Below, in pieces: positions 35,020 through 47,586 of a stretch of DNA of 64,000 nucleotides (within the stretch, counting starts at the first letter, position 1; every line of letters begins with the position of its first letter). Where the stretch lies: positions 3,038,001-3,102,000 of the forward strand of contig CM082590.2 in the NCBI GenBank assembly GCA_040954595.2, written 5' to 3'. The translations under genes and the position numbers were made by a program. The notes below the pieces were generated by a model. It did not search any database. It worked only from the letters and a program-made list of their open reading frames with translations, and was not told the DNA's origin. The stretch comes from Balanoglossus misakiensis. Lineage: Eukaryota; Animalia; Hemichordata.

Positions 35020-38000
35020 TGCATCATCAAGCCTGCATCGCCATTTACCCTTATGCATAGAATCAGATTCAATGTCACCATTGCATTAGCAATGTCAAAT
35101 AAAAGTGCTTTTGGCCATTATTAACCTAGGGATTTACAATCAACTTTAAATCCCCATATGCATTATATTCAAAAGTCAATGTGAAGGGCTTGGAACACCA
35201 TCTATCCTGATGCATCATCACGTTTGCTTCACCATTTATCCATATTCAATGTCACCCTTGCATTAGTAATTTTAAATTACAGTGCTTTTGGCCATGTATT
35301 AACCTCGGGATTTAGAGTCAACTTTAAATATCAATGCGCATGCATTAAATACCCATGTCAAAGTGAAGTGTTTGCATCACTATCTACTGAGATGCATCAT
35401 CAAGCTTGCATCGCCATTTACCCTGATGCAAAGACTCAGATTCAATATCATCGTTGCATTAGCAATGTCAAATTACAGTGCTTATGGCCACGTATTAACC
35501 TGAGGATTTACAGTCAACATCAAATACCCATGCATATGCATTAAATACCTATGTCAAAGTGCAGAGCTTGCATCACCATCTACTCTGATGCACCATTAGG
35601 CTTGCTACGCCATTTCCCCTAATGCAAAGAATCACATTCAATGTCACCATTGCTTTTGGCCATGTATTAACCTGGGGATTTACAATCAACTTTAAATCCC
35701 CGTATGCGTTATATTCCAATGTCAATGTGAAGGGCTTGAAACACCATCTATCATGATACATCATCAAGCTTGCTTCACAATTTACCCTGATGCAAAGAAT
35801 CAGATTTAGTATCACGGTAGCATTAGCAATGTCAAATTACAGTGATTATGGCCACGTATTAACCTGGGGATTTACAGACAACTTTAAATACCCATGCATA
35901 TACATTTAATACCTATGTCAAAATGCAGAGCTTGCATCACCATATACTCCGATGCATTATTAAGCTTGCTTCACCATTTGCCCTGATGCAAAGAATCAGA
36001 TTAAATGTCACCGTTGTATTATCAATGTCAAATTACGGTGCTTTTGGACTTGTATTAACCTGGGGATTTACAGTCAACTTTTAATCCCCCTGTATACATT
36101 TTAAACCCCGGTGTCAAAGTTTAGTGATTGCATCATCATTGACCCTGGTGCATCATCAAGCATTCTTCAGAATTAGCCCTGATGCAAAGAATCAGATTCA
36201 ATATCACCCTTGCATTAGCAATTTTAAATTACAGTGCTTTTGGACATGTACTAACCTGGGGATTTACAGTCAACATTAAATACCCATGCATAGGCATTAA
36301 ATACCTATGTCACAATGCATAGCTTGCATCACCATCTACTCTGATGCACCATTATGCTCGCTACGCCATTTCCCCTAATGCAAAGAATGACATTCAATGT
36401 CACCATTGCATTTGCAATTGTAAATTACAGTGCTTTTGGCCATGTATTAACCTAGGGATTTTCAATCAACTTTAAATCCCCATATGCGTTATATTCCATT
36501 GTCAATGTGAAGGGCTTGAAACACCATCTGTCCTGATGCATCATCAAGCTTGCTTCACAATTTACCCCGATGGAAAGAATCAGATTTAATGTCATGGTAG
36601 CATTAGCAATGTCAAACTACAGTGCTTATGGCCACGTATCAACCTGGGGATTTACAATCAACTTTAAATCCCCATATGCGTTATATTCCAATGTCAATGT
36701 GAAGGGCTTGAAATACCATCTACCCTGATGCATCATCAAGTTTGTTTTGACAACTTTAAATCCCCCTCAGCATGCATTTAATCCCCATGTCAAAGTGCAG
36801 AGCTTGCATCACCATCTATCCTGATGCATCATCAAGCTGCTTCGCCATTTGCCCTGATGCAAAGAATCAGATATAGTGTCACCATTGCATAAGCAATGTC
36901 AAATTATAGGCTTTTGGACACGTATTAACACAGGGATTTATAATCTATTTGAAATCCCTATATGCTTTTTATACCCATGTCTAAGCGAAGTGTTTGCATC
37001 ACTATCTACTGTGATGCATCGTCAAGCATGCTTCGCCATTTGCCTTAATGCAAAGAATCAGATTAAATGTCACTGTTGCATTCGCAATGTCAAATTACTG
37101 TGCTTTTGGCCACGTATTAACCTGGCGATTTACAGTCAACTTTAAACATCTGTGCATATGCATTAAATACGCATGTCAAAGTGCAGTGTCTCCATCACCA
37201 TTGATCCTGATGCATCACCAAGCATGCTTCGCTATATGCCCTGATGCAAAGAATCAGATTTAGTATCACAGTAGCATTAGCCATGTCAAATTACAGTGCT
37301 TTTGGCTATGTATTAACCTGGGGATTTACAATCAACTTTAAATCCCCATATGCATTATATTCCAATGTCAATGTGAAGGGCTTGAAATACCATCTACCCT
37401 GATGCATCATCAAGTTTGTTTCGCCATTAACCCTGATGCAAATAATCAGTGTCACCATAGCATCAGCAATGTCAAATTACTGAGCATTTGGCCATGTATT
37501 AACTTGCGGGTTTACAATCAACTTTAAATCCCCATATGCATTATATTGCAATGTTAACTTGAACGGCTTGAAACACCATCTATACTGATGCATCATCAAG
37601 CTTTCTTCACAATTTACCCTGATGCAAAGAATCAGATTTAGTGTCGCCATAGCATTAGCAATGGCAAATAAAAGTGCTTTCGGCCACATATTAACCCAGG
37701 GATTTATAATCAACTTGAAATCCCTATATGAATTTTATACCTATGTCAAAGCGAAGTGCTTGCATCAATATCTACCGTGATGCATCATCAAGCTTGCTTC
37801 GCCATTTGCCCTAATGCAAAGAATCAGATTCAATGTCACTGTTGCATTAGCAATGTCAAATTATAGTGCGTTTGGCCGTATACTAACCTGGGGATTTACA
37901 ATCAACTTTAAATCCCCATATGCATTATATTCTAATATCAATGTGAAGGGCTTGAAACACCATCTATCATGATGCATCATCAAGCTTGCTTCACCATTTT

Positions 38001-41000
38001 CCCTGATGCAAAAAATCAGATTTAGTGTCATGGTAGCATTAGCAAATCCCCATATGCATTTGATACCCATGTCAAAGTGAAGTGTTTGCATCACTATCTA
38101 CCGTGATGCATCATCAAGCTTGCATCGCCATTCACCCTTATGCAAAGAATCAGATTCAATGTCACCGTTGCATTAGCAATGTCAAATTACAGTGCTTATG
38201 GCCACGTATTAACCTGAGGATTTACAGTCAACATTAAATACCCATGCATATCCATTAAATACCTATGTCAAAGTGCAGAGCTTGCATCACCATTTACTCT
38301 GATGCACCATTAGGCTTGCTACGCCATTTCCCCTAATGCAAAGAATCACATTCAATGTCACCATTGCATTAGCAATTTTAAATTACAGTGTTTTTGGCCA
38401 TGTATTAACCTATGGATTTGCAATTAACTTTAAATCCCCATATGCGTTATATTCCAATGTCAAGTGAAGGGCTTGAAACACCATCTATCCTGATGCATCA
38501 TCAAGCTTGCTTCACAATTTACCCTGATGCAAAAAATCACATTCAGCGTCACCATTTCATTAGCAATGTCAAATTACAGTGCTTATTGCCACGTATTAAC
38601 CTGGGAATTTACAGACAACTTTAAATACCCATGCATATACATTAAATACCTATGTCAAAGTGCAGAGCTTGCATCACCATTTACTCTGATGCACCATTAG
38701 GCTTGCTACGCCATTTCCCCTAATGCAAAGAATCACATTCAATGTCACCATTGCATTAGCAATTTTAAATTACAGTGTTTTTGGCCATGTATTAACCTAT
38801 GGATTTGCAATTAACTTTAAATCCCCATATGCGTTATATTCCAATGTCAAGTGAAGGGCTTGAAACACCATCTATCCTGATGCATCATCAAGCTTGCTTC
38901 ACAATTTACCCTGATGCAAAAAATCACATTCAGCGTCACCATTTCATTAGCAATGTCAAATTACAGTGCTTATTGCCACGTATTAACCTGGGAATTTACA
39001 GACAACTTTAAATACCCATGCATATACATTAAATACCTATGTCAAAGTGCAGAGCTTGCATCACCATCTACTCTGATGCATCATTAGGTTTGCATCGCCA
39101 TTCCCCCTAATGCAAAGAATCAGATTCAATGTCACCCTTGCATTAGCAATTTTAAATTACAGTGCTTTTGGACATGTATTAACCTAGGGATTTTCAATCA
39201 ACTTTAAATCCCCATATGCGTTATATTCCATTGTCAATGTGAAGGGCTTGAAACACCATCTACCCTGATGCATCATCAAGCTTGCTTCACAATTTACCCC
39301 GATGGAAAGAATCAGATTTAGTGTCGCCATAGCATTAGCAATGGCAAATAAAAGTGCTTTCGGCCACATATTAACCCAGGGATTTATAATCAACTTGAAA
39401 TCCCTATATGAATTTTATACCTATGTCAAAGCGAAGTGCTTGCATCAATATCTACCGTGATGCATCATCAAGCTTGCTTCGCCATTTGCCCTAATGCAAA
39501 GAATCAGATTCAATGTCACTGTTGCATTAGCAATGTCAAATTATAGTGCGTTTGGCCGTATACTAACCTGGGGATTTACAATCAACTTTAAATCCCTATA
39601 TGCATTATATTCTAATATCAATGTGAAGGGCTTGAAACACCATCTATCATGATGCATCATCAAGCTTGCTTCACCATTTTCCCTGATGCAAAAAATCAGA
39701 TTTAGTGTCATGGTAGCATTAGCAAATCCCCATATGCATTTGATACCCATGTCAAAGTGAAGTGTTTGCATCACTATCTACCGTGATGCATCATCAAGCT
39801 TGCATCGCCATTCACCCTTATGCAAAGAATCAGATTCAATGTCACCGTTGCATTAGCAATGTCAAATTACAGTGCTTATGGCCACGTATTAACCTGAGGA
39901 TTTACAGTCAACATTAAATACCCATGCATATCCATTAAATACCTATGTCAAAGTGCAGAGCTTGCATCACCATTTACTCTGATGCACCATTAGGCTTGCT
40001 ACGCCATTTCCCCTAATGCAAAGAATCACATTCAATGTCACCATTGCATTAGCAATTTTAAATTACAGTGTTTTTGGCCATGTATTAACCTATGGATTTG
40101 CAATTAACTTTAAATCCCCATATGCGTTATATTCCAATGTCAAGTGAAGGGCTTGAAACACCATCTATCCTGATGCATCATCAAGCTTGCTTCACAATTT
40201 ACCCTGATGCAAAAAATCACATTCAGCGTCACCATTTCATTAGCAATGTCAAATTACAGTGCTTATTGCCACGTATTAACCTGGGAATTTACAGACAACT
40301 TTAAATACCCATGCATATACATTAAATACCTATGTCAAAGTGCAGAGCTTGCATCACCATCTACTCTGATGCATCATTAGGTTTGCATCGCCATTCCCCC
40401 TAATGCAAAGAATCAGATTCAATGTCACCCTTGCATTAGCAATTTTAAATTACAGTGCTTTTGGACATGTATTAACCTAGGGATTTTCAATCAACTTTAA
40501 ATCCCCATATGCGTTATATTCCATTGTCAATGTGAAGGGCTTGAAACACCATCTGTCCTGATGCATCATCAAGCTTGCTTCACAATTTACCCCGATGGAA
40601 AGAATCAGATTTAGTGTCGCCATAGCATTAGCAATGGCAAATAAAAGTGCTTTCGGCCACATATTAACCCAGGGATTTATAATCAACTTGAAATCCCTAT
40701 ATGAATTTTATACCTATGTCAAAGCGAAGTGCTTGCATCAATATCTACCGTGATGCATCATCAAGCTTGCTTCGCCATTTGCCCTAATGCAAAGAATCAG
40801 ATTCAATGTCACTGTTGCATTAGCAATGTCAAATTATAGTGCGTTTGGCCGTATACTAACCTGGGGATTTACAATCAACTTTAAATCCCCATATGCATTA
40901 TATTCTAATATCAATGTGAAGGGCTTGAAACACCATCTATCATGATGCATCATCAAGCTTGCTTCACCATTTTCCCTGATGCAAAAAATCAGATTTAGTG

Positions 41001-43134
41001 TCATGGTAGCATTAGCAAATCCCCATATGCATTTGATACCCATGTCAAAGTGAAGTGTTTGCATCACTATCTACCGTGATGCATCATCAAGCTTGCATCG
41101 CCATTCACCCTTATGCAAAGAATCAGATTCAATGTCACCGTTGCATTAGCAATGTCAAATTACAGTGCTTATGGCCACGTATTAACCTGAGGATTTACAG
41201 TCAACATTAAATACCCATGCATATCCATTAAATACCTATGTCAAAGTGCAGAGCTTGCATCACCATTTACTCTGATGCACCATTAGGCTTGCTAAGCCAT
41301 TTCCCCTAATGCAAAGAATCACATTCAATGTCACCATTGCATTAGCAATTTTAAATTACAGTGTTTTTGGCCATGTATTAACCTATGGATTTGCAATTAA
41401 CTTTAAATCCCCATATGCGTTATATTCCAATGTCAAGTGAAGGGCTTGAAACACCATCTATCCTGATGCATCATCAAGCTTGCTTCACAATTTACCCTGA
41501 TGCAAAAAATCACATTCAGCGTCACCATTTCATTAGCAATGTCAAATTACAGTGCTTATTGCCACGTATTAACCTGGGAATTTACAGACAACTTTAAATA
41601 CCCATGCATATACATTAAATACCTATGTCAAAGTGCAGAGCTTGCATCACCATTTACTCTGATGCACCATTAGGCTTGCTACGCCATTTCCCCTAATGCA
41701 AAGAATCACATTCAATGTCACCATTGCATTAGCAATTTTAAATTACAGTGCTTTTGGACATGTATTAACCTAGGGATTTTCAATCAACTTTAAATCCCCA
41801 TATGCGTTATATTCCATTGTCAATGTGAAGGGCTTGAAACACCATCTGTCCTGATGCATCATCAAGCTTGCTTCACAATTTACCCCGATGGAAAGAATCA
41901 GATTTAATGTCACGGTAGCATTAGCAATGTCAAACTACAGTGCTTATGGCCACGTATCAACCTGGGGATTTACAATCAACTTTGAATCCCCATATGCGTT
42001 ATATTCCAATGTCAATGTGAAGGGCTTGAAATACCATCTACCCTGATCCATCATCAAGCTGCTTCCCAATTTGCCCTGATGCAAAGAATCAGATATAGTG
42101 TCAACATTGCATTAGCAATGTCAAATTACAGTGCTTTTGGACACGTATTAACACAGGGATTTATAATCTACTTGAAATCCCTATATGCTTTTTATACCCA
42201 TGTCTAAGCGAAGTGTTTGCATCACTATCTACTGTGATGCATCATCAAGCACGCTTCGCCATTTACGCTGATGCAAAGAATCAGATTCAATGTCACCATT
42301 GCATTAGCAATGTCAAATTACAGTGCTTTTGGACACGTATTAACACAGGGATTTATAATCTACTTGAAATCCCCATATGCTTTTTATACCCATGTCAAAG
42401 CGAAGTGTTTGCATCACTATCTACAGTAATGCATCGTCAAGCATGCTTCGCCATTTGCCCTAATGCAAAGAATCACATTAAATGTCACTGTTGCATTCGC
42501 AATGTCAAATTACTGTGCTTTTGGCCACGTATTAACCTGGCGATTTACAGTCAACTTTAAATCCCCATATGCATTATATTCCAATGTCAATGTGAAGGGC
42601 TTGAAAAACCATCTACCCTGATGCATCATCAAGTTTGTTTCGCCATTAACCCTGATGCAAATAATCAGTGTCACCATAGCATTAGCAATGGCAAATAAAA
42701 GTGCTTTCGGCCACATATTAACCCAGGGATTTATAATCAACTTGAAATCCCCATATGAATTTTATACCTATGTCAAAGCGAAGTGCTTGCATCAATATCT
42801 ACCGTGATGCATCATCAAGCTTGCTTCGCCATTTGCCCTAATGCAAAGAATCAGATTCAATGTCACCCTTGCATTAGCAATGTCAAATTACAGTTCGTTT
42901 GGCCGTATACTAACCTGGGGATTTACAATCAACTTTAAATCCCCATATGCATTATATTCTAATGTCAATGTGAAGGGCTTGAAACACCATCTATCCTGAT
43001 GCATCATCAAGCTTGCTTCACCATTTTCCCTGATGCAAATAATCAGATTTAGTATCACGGTAGCATTAGCAATGTCAAATTACAGTGCCTATGGCCACGT
43101 ATTAACCTCGGGATGTACGGACAACTTTAAATAC

Positions 43135-43559
43135 TATAATATTTAAAGCCTTATAACTCCGCTCTAGAATATGCCTATTGTTATAGGAGTGGGTCCGGGT
43201 TTTATGTTATGTTGGCCAAATTCCAGAGCGGGGTTGCTGAAGGGTGGGAGGGTGGGCAAAACTCCCAAATCGCTCATCGGTACACATAAACCCCCACCCG
43301 CCCGCCACTTATATGCCCTGACCTTCCACCTTATCTGCTCTAACTGCTGCCTCCTGTGGTTAAGGAATGGTACTGAGCCCATGTGCGGATATTCGCTAAC
43401 TTTTATACGGGTTCTCATGAATATTCATAATAAATTAGCATATGCGGATATATATCGCGTAGTGATGCGGCTTTAAATACTATAATATTTAAAGCCTTAT
43501 AACTCCGCTCTAGAATATGCCTATTGTTATAGGAGTGGGTCCGGGTTTTATGTTATGTT
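43135..43559 (-). repeat. 3' split-repeat block: B2, spacer, A2, B1
   Basis: 43135-43213 equals 43481-43559; 43356-43480 equals 48990-49114. Confidence 0.93.
43469..43496. other. Putative recombinase site at the B1/A2 (circle) junction: GGCTTTAAATA-CTATAA-TATTTAAAGCC
   Basis: Perfect 11-bp inverted arms with a 6-bp spacer, centred on the A/B junction. Confidence 0.75.
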
Positions 43560-43771
43560 ATGCGAAACTCCCTGCTTTATGGATGCACAACTTTTCCTAT
43601 TTCCCACCCAATCCTTTAATACCCATACACACCCACTCCTACACCCATAATATATATGAAAACACGTGTCAATTCTAAGATATGAACTTTATTCTTGCTA
43701 CGATTACGTACAGAAATCAAGCCCCATACATCTGTAAATTAGGTTATTGTGCCATTAAGGAGCGGACTGGT

Positions 43772-45031
43772 TTAGAATGCCATAGTGAAGTCTGTTAGAT
43801 CATTCGCCTGTTCGTAGTTTCGCGTCAGGATCTCTCCTGCATCAGTCACCTCTTTTAACTTTTGGGCTGGTCCTTGGGCCGCTGACACAGAAGATAGTTT
43901 GGTGTAATGATTGGCTGTATCTTCTGAACGCCAACCTATGTGACGCATAAGCTCACTCAACTCCACCCCCGCCAAGCATAATGTGATCGCACATGCGCTT
44001 CTGAGACTGTGTGGTGTTTCCCCTCTATCCATGTTTAGCTCCTGTAGGTACACTTTGAGGCGACTGTACGCTGTTTGGGATGATAGAGGGCGTTGCTCGA
44101 CTTCACCGCTCGGGGTTGTTGGCCGAAATAGATGACCTCTGCGCAAGTTTACCCCAATCCTTTCCGCCAATGTGATGTATTGTTCTACAGCGTGTACTGG
44201 GCAAATATCCACATCTTTACATCGTTTAAGGGCAAACATATTTGAAGATGCGCCCCTCAAGGTTTTTCCATAGGTGTGATTGAAAATGAAGCCGGAGTTG
44301 TCTGGAAAACGTAGAATTTCTTGTGTTTTTACATGCCCCAGATCACCCGCCCTGTCGCCGGAAAATGCAAGTAATTTAAAGAACGCTAAATCCCTGGCCA
44401 GTATGTAAATTTGGGTGAGCGATCTTGCTACGTCTAGCTTACTTAATACGTGGTTGAATATACGTTTCATTTTTTCTAGAAACAGTGGTTTAGCTTGTCT
44501 AGGGGTAATATGTGCTCTGGCTTGTTCTTCCGATATTTTTTTTACGTACCTAAATACCATCGTGGATTTTGCCGGGTTTGCATTATTCGACACTGAGTTG
44601 AAACAGACGCCGAGTTTTGAAACCATGTTTTTTATTGTACTTGATTTCAGTCGTCTGGGGCAATGACACGGCATTGTGCCTGTCCTTCCATAAAAGTCAC
44701 AAGTATCAACGTGTATTTGCGTTTTAGCGTCTTTATCCTTGTATATTAGGAATCTGACGACATCCTCAGGTTTTGCCGTTATGAAATTGGTAGTTGGTGA
44801 TGTAGCGGCTAGAAACTGCTCGAACTGCTGTATGAGTCTGTCTTTCTGTATTTCGTATAGTGATCTTTGACCGAGAACCTCATGCATGCGTCGGTTTATA
44901 GCCTGGATATCCGGCGGACTACCCTTCTTGTGACCCGTGTGTGGGGTTGTGAGAGAGACTAGGGTAGTAGAACATACATCACATTCAGTATTGGTGGTCT
45001 TGCTTGTAGTGCCACATATATAGCATATCAT
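43772..45031 (-). CDS. Tyrosine recombinase (ORF open from 45130; likely coding start 45031, after a splice acceptor)
   Basis: N-terminal CxxC..CxxC; catalytic R (GDRAGDL), HSLR, HIGW and HY; polypyrimidine tract plus CAG directly before ATG 45031. Confidence 0.92.
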   Translation of the reverse strand: MICYICGTTSKTTNTECDVCSTTLVSLTTPHTGHKKGSPPDIQAINRRMHEVLGQRSLYEIQKDRLIQQFEQFLAATSPTTNFITAKPEDVVRFLIYKDKDAKTQIHVDTCDFYGRTGTMPCHCPRRLKSSTIKNMVSKLGVCFNSVSNNANPAKSTMVFRYVKKISEEQARAHITPRQAKPLFLEKMKRIFNHVLSKLDVARSLTQIYILARDLAFFKLLAFSGDRAGDLGHVKTQEILRFPDNSGFIFNHTYGKTLRGASSNMFALKRCKDVDICPVHAVEQYITLAERIGVNLRRGHLFRPTTPSGEVEQRPLSSQTAYSRLKVYLQELNMDRGETPHSLRSACAITLCLAGVELSELMRHIGWRSEDTANHYTKLSSVSAAQGPAQKLKEVTDAGEILTRNYEQANDLTDFTMAF

Positions 45032-45146
45032 CTGATGGGAGACAAAGGAAATACTATTGTAGTTTAGATGCGATATTGAGCCTAATATTGTCACATATGG
45101 GTGCCATTGTGTCGAAATGTATTTGTACATTATAATTACTGGGAAT

Positions 45147-47327
45147 TTAAGTGCTGGGTTTGAAAATCACTGCATATAAATCGCAGCGAAGTAGAAATTC
45201 ATTGTAACCATTTCGCGATGGCGCTTGAATGACCCCTTCTTCTCCCTTTTTACCAATTAGCTTCGTGTGTGTTGCTTTTTGACGTATCAGTGGCCAGAAC
45301 GGCTCCAAGAAGCGCCCTCTTGGGACTATGACTGTGGCTGTATACCGTTTATCTACGATGTGTCGGAGGACCGCATGCACCAATGGAAATGGCGGGTAGA
45401 CATATAAGGTTTCCTGCCTAGAAAATGTGTGCTGGAAAAAGTTGACACCTTCACTTCTGGTTTGCTGAAATGGGGAGACGAACCGTGTTAGTTTTGCATT
45501 TGAGCTGTTTGCCATTGCATCAACGTGGTGTGGGCCAAATTTCTCTTCCAGTAATTGCCACGCACGTGGAGACAGACTTGAATTCTTTAGTGAGATATCG
45601 CGAGATGCTCCATCAGCTTCGTTTTCTGCGGACCTGACATGTATTAGCTTCAGTGTGACGTTGTTGTCCACGCAAAAACGAAATATTTTCCTGATAATTT
45701 CGTTGAGGGCGTTCGATTTGGTGCCTGGGACTCCATTTGACCATACTTGGACCAGTGTCATAGAATCCACGTGTACATCGAGCCGCGTGTTCTTAACAGA
45801 TTCCTGGAATGCGATCAGTGCTCGAGACAGCGCTTCCGCCTCCTTCAGGACGATTGGGTTTTGTCTCCATACTGTCTCCCACATATCACTGACAGTGGTA
45901 TCCGTGGCTTCTGTGTCCGATCTATGTAATACAGCACCCCATTTGTAAGAACTGGCGTCTGTAGACATGGTTACCCGGACATGGTTTTCAGTTGGCCAAT
46001 GGAATGTCCTTGGGGTTGTGACCACTTGTACCCACTCTTGCAATTCTTCTCTGAGTGGGCCTTTGATTGGCACCATGTACTTTGCCTGTTTATTTGCGGC
46101 AGCAATTGAGCGTGCCATCTGACGGATATATAGACGAGCACACGGGATAGCAAGGGAGAACGAGACACACTTTCCCATGATCCTTTGTAGGGATGATAAT
46201 GGAGCGATACGACCGTCCAATACTTGGTTAACTAGCGTTATAAAAGTATGCCTCTTCTCGTCGGGTATTGAGAATGCGTTGGCTACTGTGTCGACGGTCA
46301 TACCCAGCATAATTAGAGACTGTGTTGGTCTGAGGACGCTCTTATCTAAAGATATAAAATATCCCGCATCTATACATAACTTGATTAATATATAGGCCGC
46401 AGCTTCAGTGAGTTGGTACCTGGTCCATTCGTTGTCGGTAGTTGCTTGTGGTAAGCATAGTGCGCCCACATGTCTGTCGTCGATGTACTGTATACATGGT
46501 ACGCCAAGAGACCTCGCATAGCTGGTAATACAGTATCCCACGTTCTGGTATATGAAGGCGGATAATTTCCATCCAAACGGTAGAGTGTTGTTCACATACC
46601 AGGATCCCGCCCACTGGAAACCAACGTAACGCCTTTCGTCCTCTGCCAGTAGGATGTGATCGTATCCGCTCTTGTCATCGCATTTTATTTGATAATCACA
46701 CGATTGCAGGTATTTTGAAACTTCTATCAGCTTATCCAATTTAAAAGGCATGTCCTTCATCCAAAGGTTGAGAAATCTCATATCGATACATAGACGAGGC
46801 TTTTGGGGTTCAATTGTGATGGGCATAACTATATGAGGGGGAGGGGCACACCCTACTCTGCCCCACACCGAAATGGCTCCAGACTTGATTCTATCTTGCA
46901 GGGTATTAGCAATAAATTCTCCAAATTTACTACAATTCGGGTTGTTGTAAAATAACTTGTGAGGGGGTGTATCGTGATCGTATTCGACTCCTTTAAATTG
47001 TCCCGAAAAGTGACGAGTGTAATCCGAGATTTTGACTTTCTCTCGCAACCATGACATAACTAAGTCTTTGTTGTCTAGCCCATTTGTGATGCGATCCCAT
47101 TCTTGAAGATGTTGATGGACTTCACCAGCCTTAAATTCAGCTGCATTTCTATAATTTAACTCTTGGGGGCGGGACAGGGTTCTTCCAAAGGCGACCTCTT
47201 CGACAGCTGGATTCCCTCCCATCACTTCCTGTCTGGGGGCGCCCTCCCATGATACCCATGAATACGAGACACGTCCACCACTTGCTTGATGAACGGGGTA
47301 GTTCATTTCCCACTGTGGGGTCAAAAA
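45147..47327 (-). CDS. pol: DIRS-type RT, RNase H and methyltransferase-like ORF (open from 47336; likely entered by splicing at 47327)
   Basis: KPRLCIDMRFLN, DDKSGYDH, LPFGW and YIDD (RT); TDASSYKWG, LKEAEA, HVDS and NEADGASR (RNase H); VDAMANSSNAKLTRFVS..YVYPPF (MT-like). Confidence 0.93.
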   Translation of the reverse strand, partial: FLTPQWEMNYPVHQASGGRVSYSWVSWEGAPRQEVMGGNPAVEEVAFGRTLSRPQELNYRNAAEFKAGEVHQHLQEWDRITNGLDNKDLVMSWLREKVKISDYTRHFSGQFKGVEYDHDTPPHKLFYNNPNCSKFGEFIANTLQDRIKSGAISVWGRVGCAPPPHIVMPITIEPQKPRLCIDMRFLNLWMKDMPFKLDKLIEVSKYLQSCDYQIKCDDKSGYDHILLAEDERRYVGFQWAGSWYVNNTLPFGWKLSAFIYQNVGYCITSYARSLGVPCIQYIDDRHVGALCLPQATTDNEWTRYQLTEAAAYILIKLCIDAGYFISLDKSVLRPTQSLIMLGMTVDTVANAFSIPDEKRHTFITLVNQVLDGRIAPLSSLQRIMGKCVSFSLAIPCARLYIRQMARSIAAANKQAKYMVPIKGPLREELQEWVQVVTTPRTFHWPTENHVRVTMSTDASSYKWGAVLHRSDTEATDTTVSDMWETVWRQNPIVLKEAEALSRALIAFQESVKNTRLDVHVDSMTLVQVWSNGVPGTKSNALNEIIRKIFRFCVDNNVTLKLIHVRSAENEADGASRDISLKNSSLSPRAWQLLEEKFGPHHVDAMANSSNAKLTRFVSPFQQTRSEGVNFFQHTFSRQETLYVYPPFPLVHAVLRHIVDKRYTATVIVPRGRFLEPFWPLIRQKATHTKLIGKKGEEGVIQAPSRNGYNEFLLRCDLYAVIFKPST

Positions 47328-47586
47328 CTGAAACAAAAGGAAAACAGCAAAGCTTAGGACACTTTTTTTTTTTTTTTTTTTTCGAGGGCGACCCCCCAGA
47401 CAGGACCCTGCGAAGGCAGGTTGCTTTTAAAGGCATAGGGCTGTTATTGTTAGCCCCCCTGTCCGAAGGGAAAGGAAAATAAACTACACAAACACTGAGA
47501 TTACAGAGTCATATTACTTATTTTTTTTTTTTTTTGAATATTTCAATGCATCATCGGAAAAGTTATACGATTATCAGTACAATACA

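Noticed and set aside
43125-43134. CTTTAAATAC at both YR-element ends as a 10-bp target-site duplication
   Set aside because: The same 10 bp are part of internal repeat A2 (43471-43480), so one copy is element-derived; this is donor-target homology, not a TSD.
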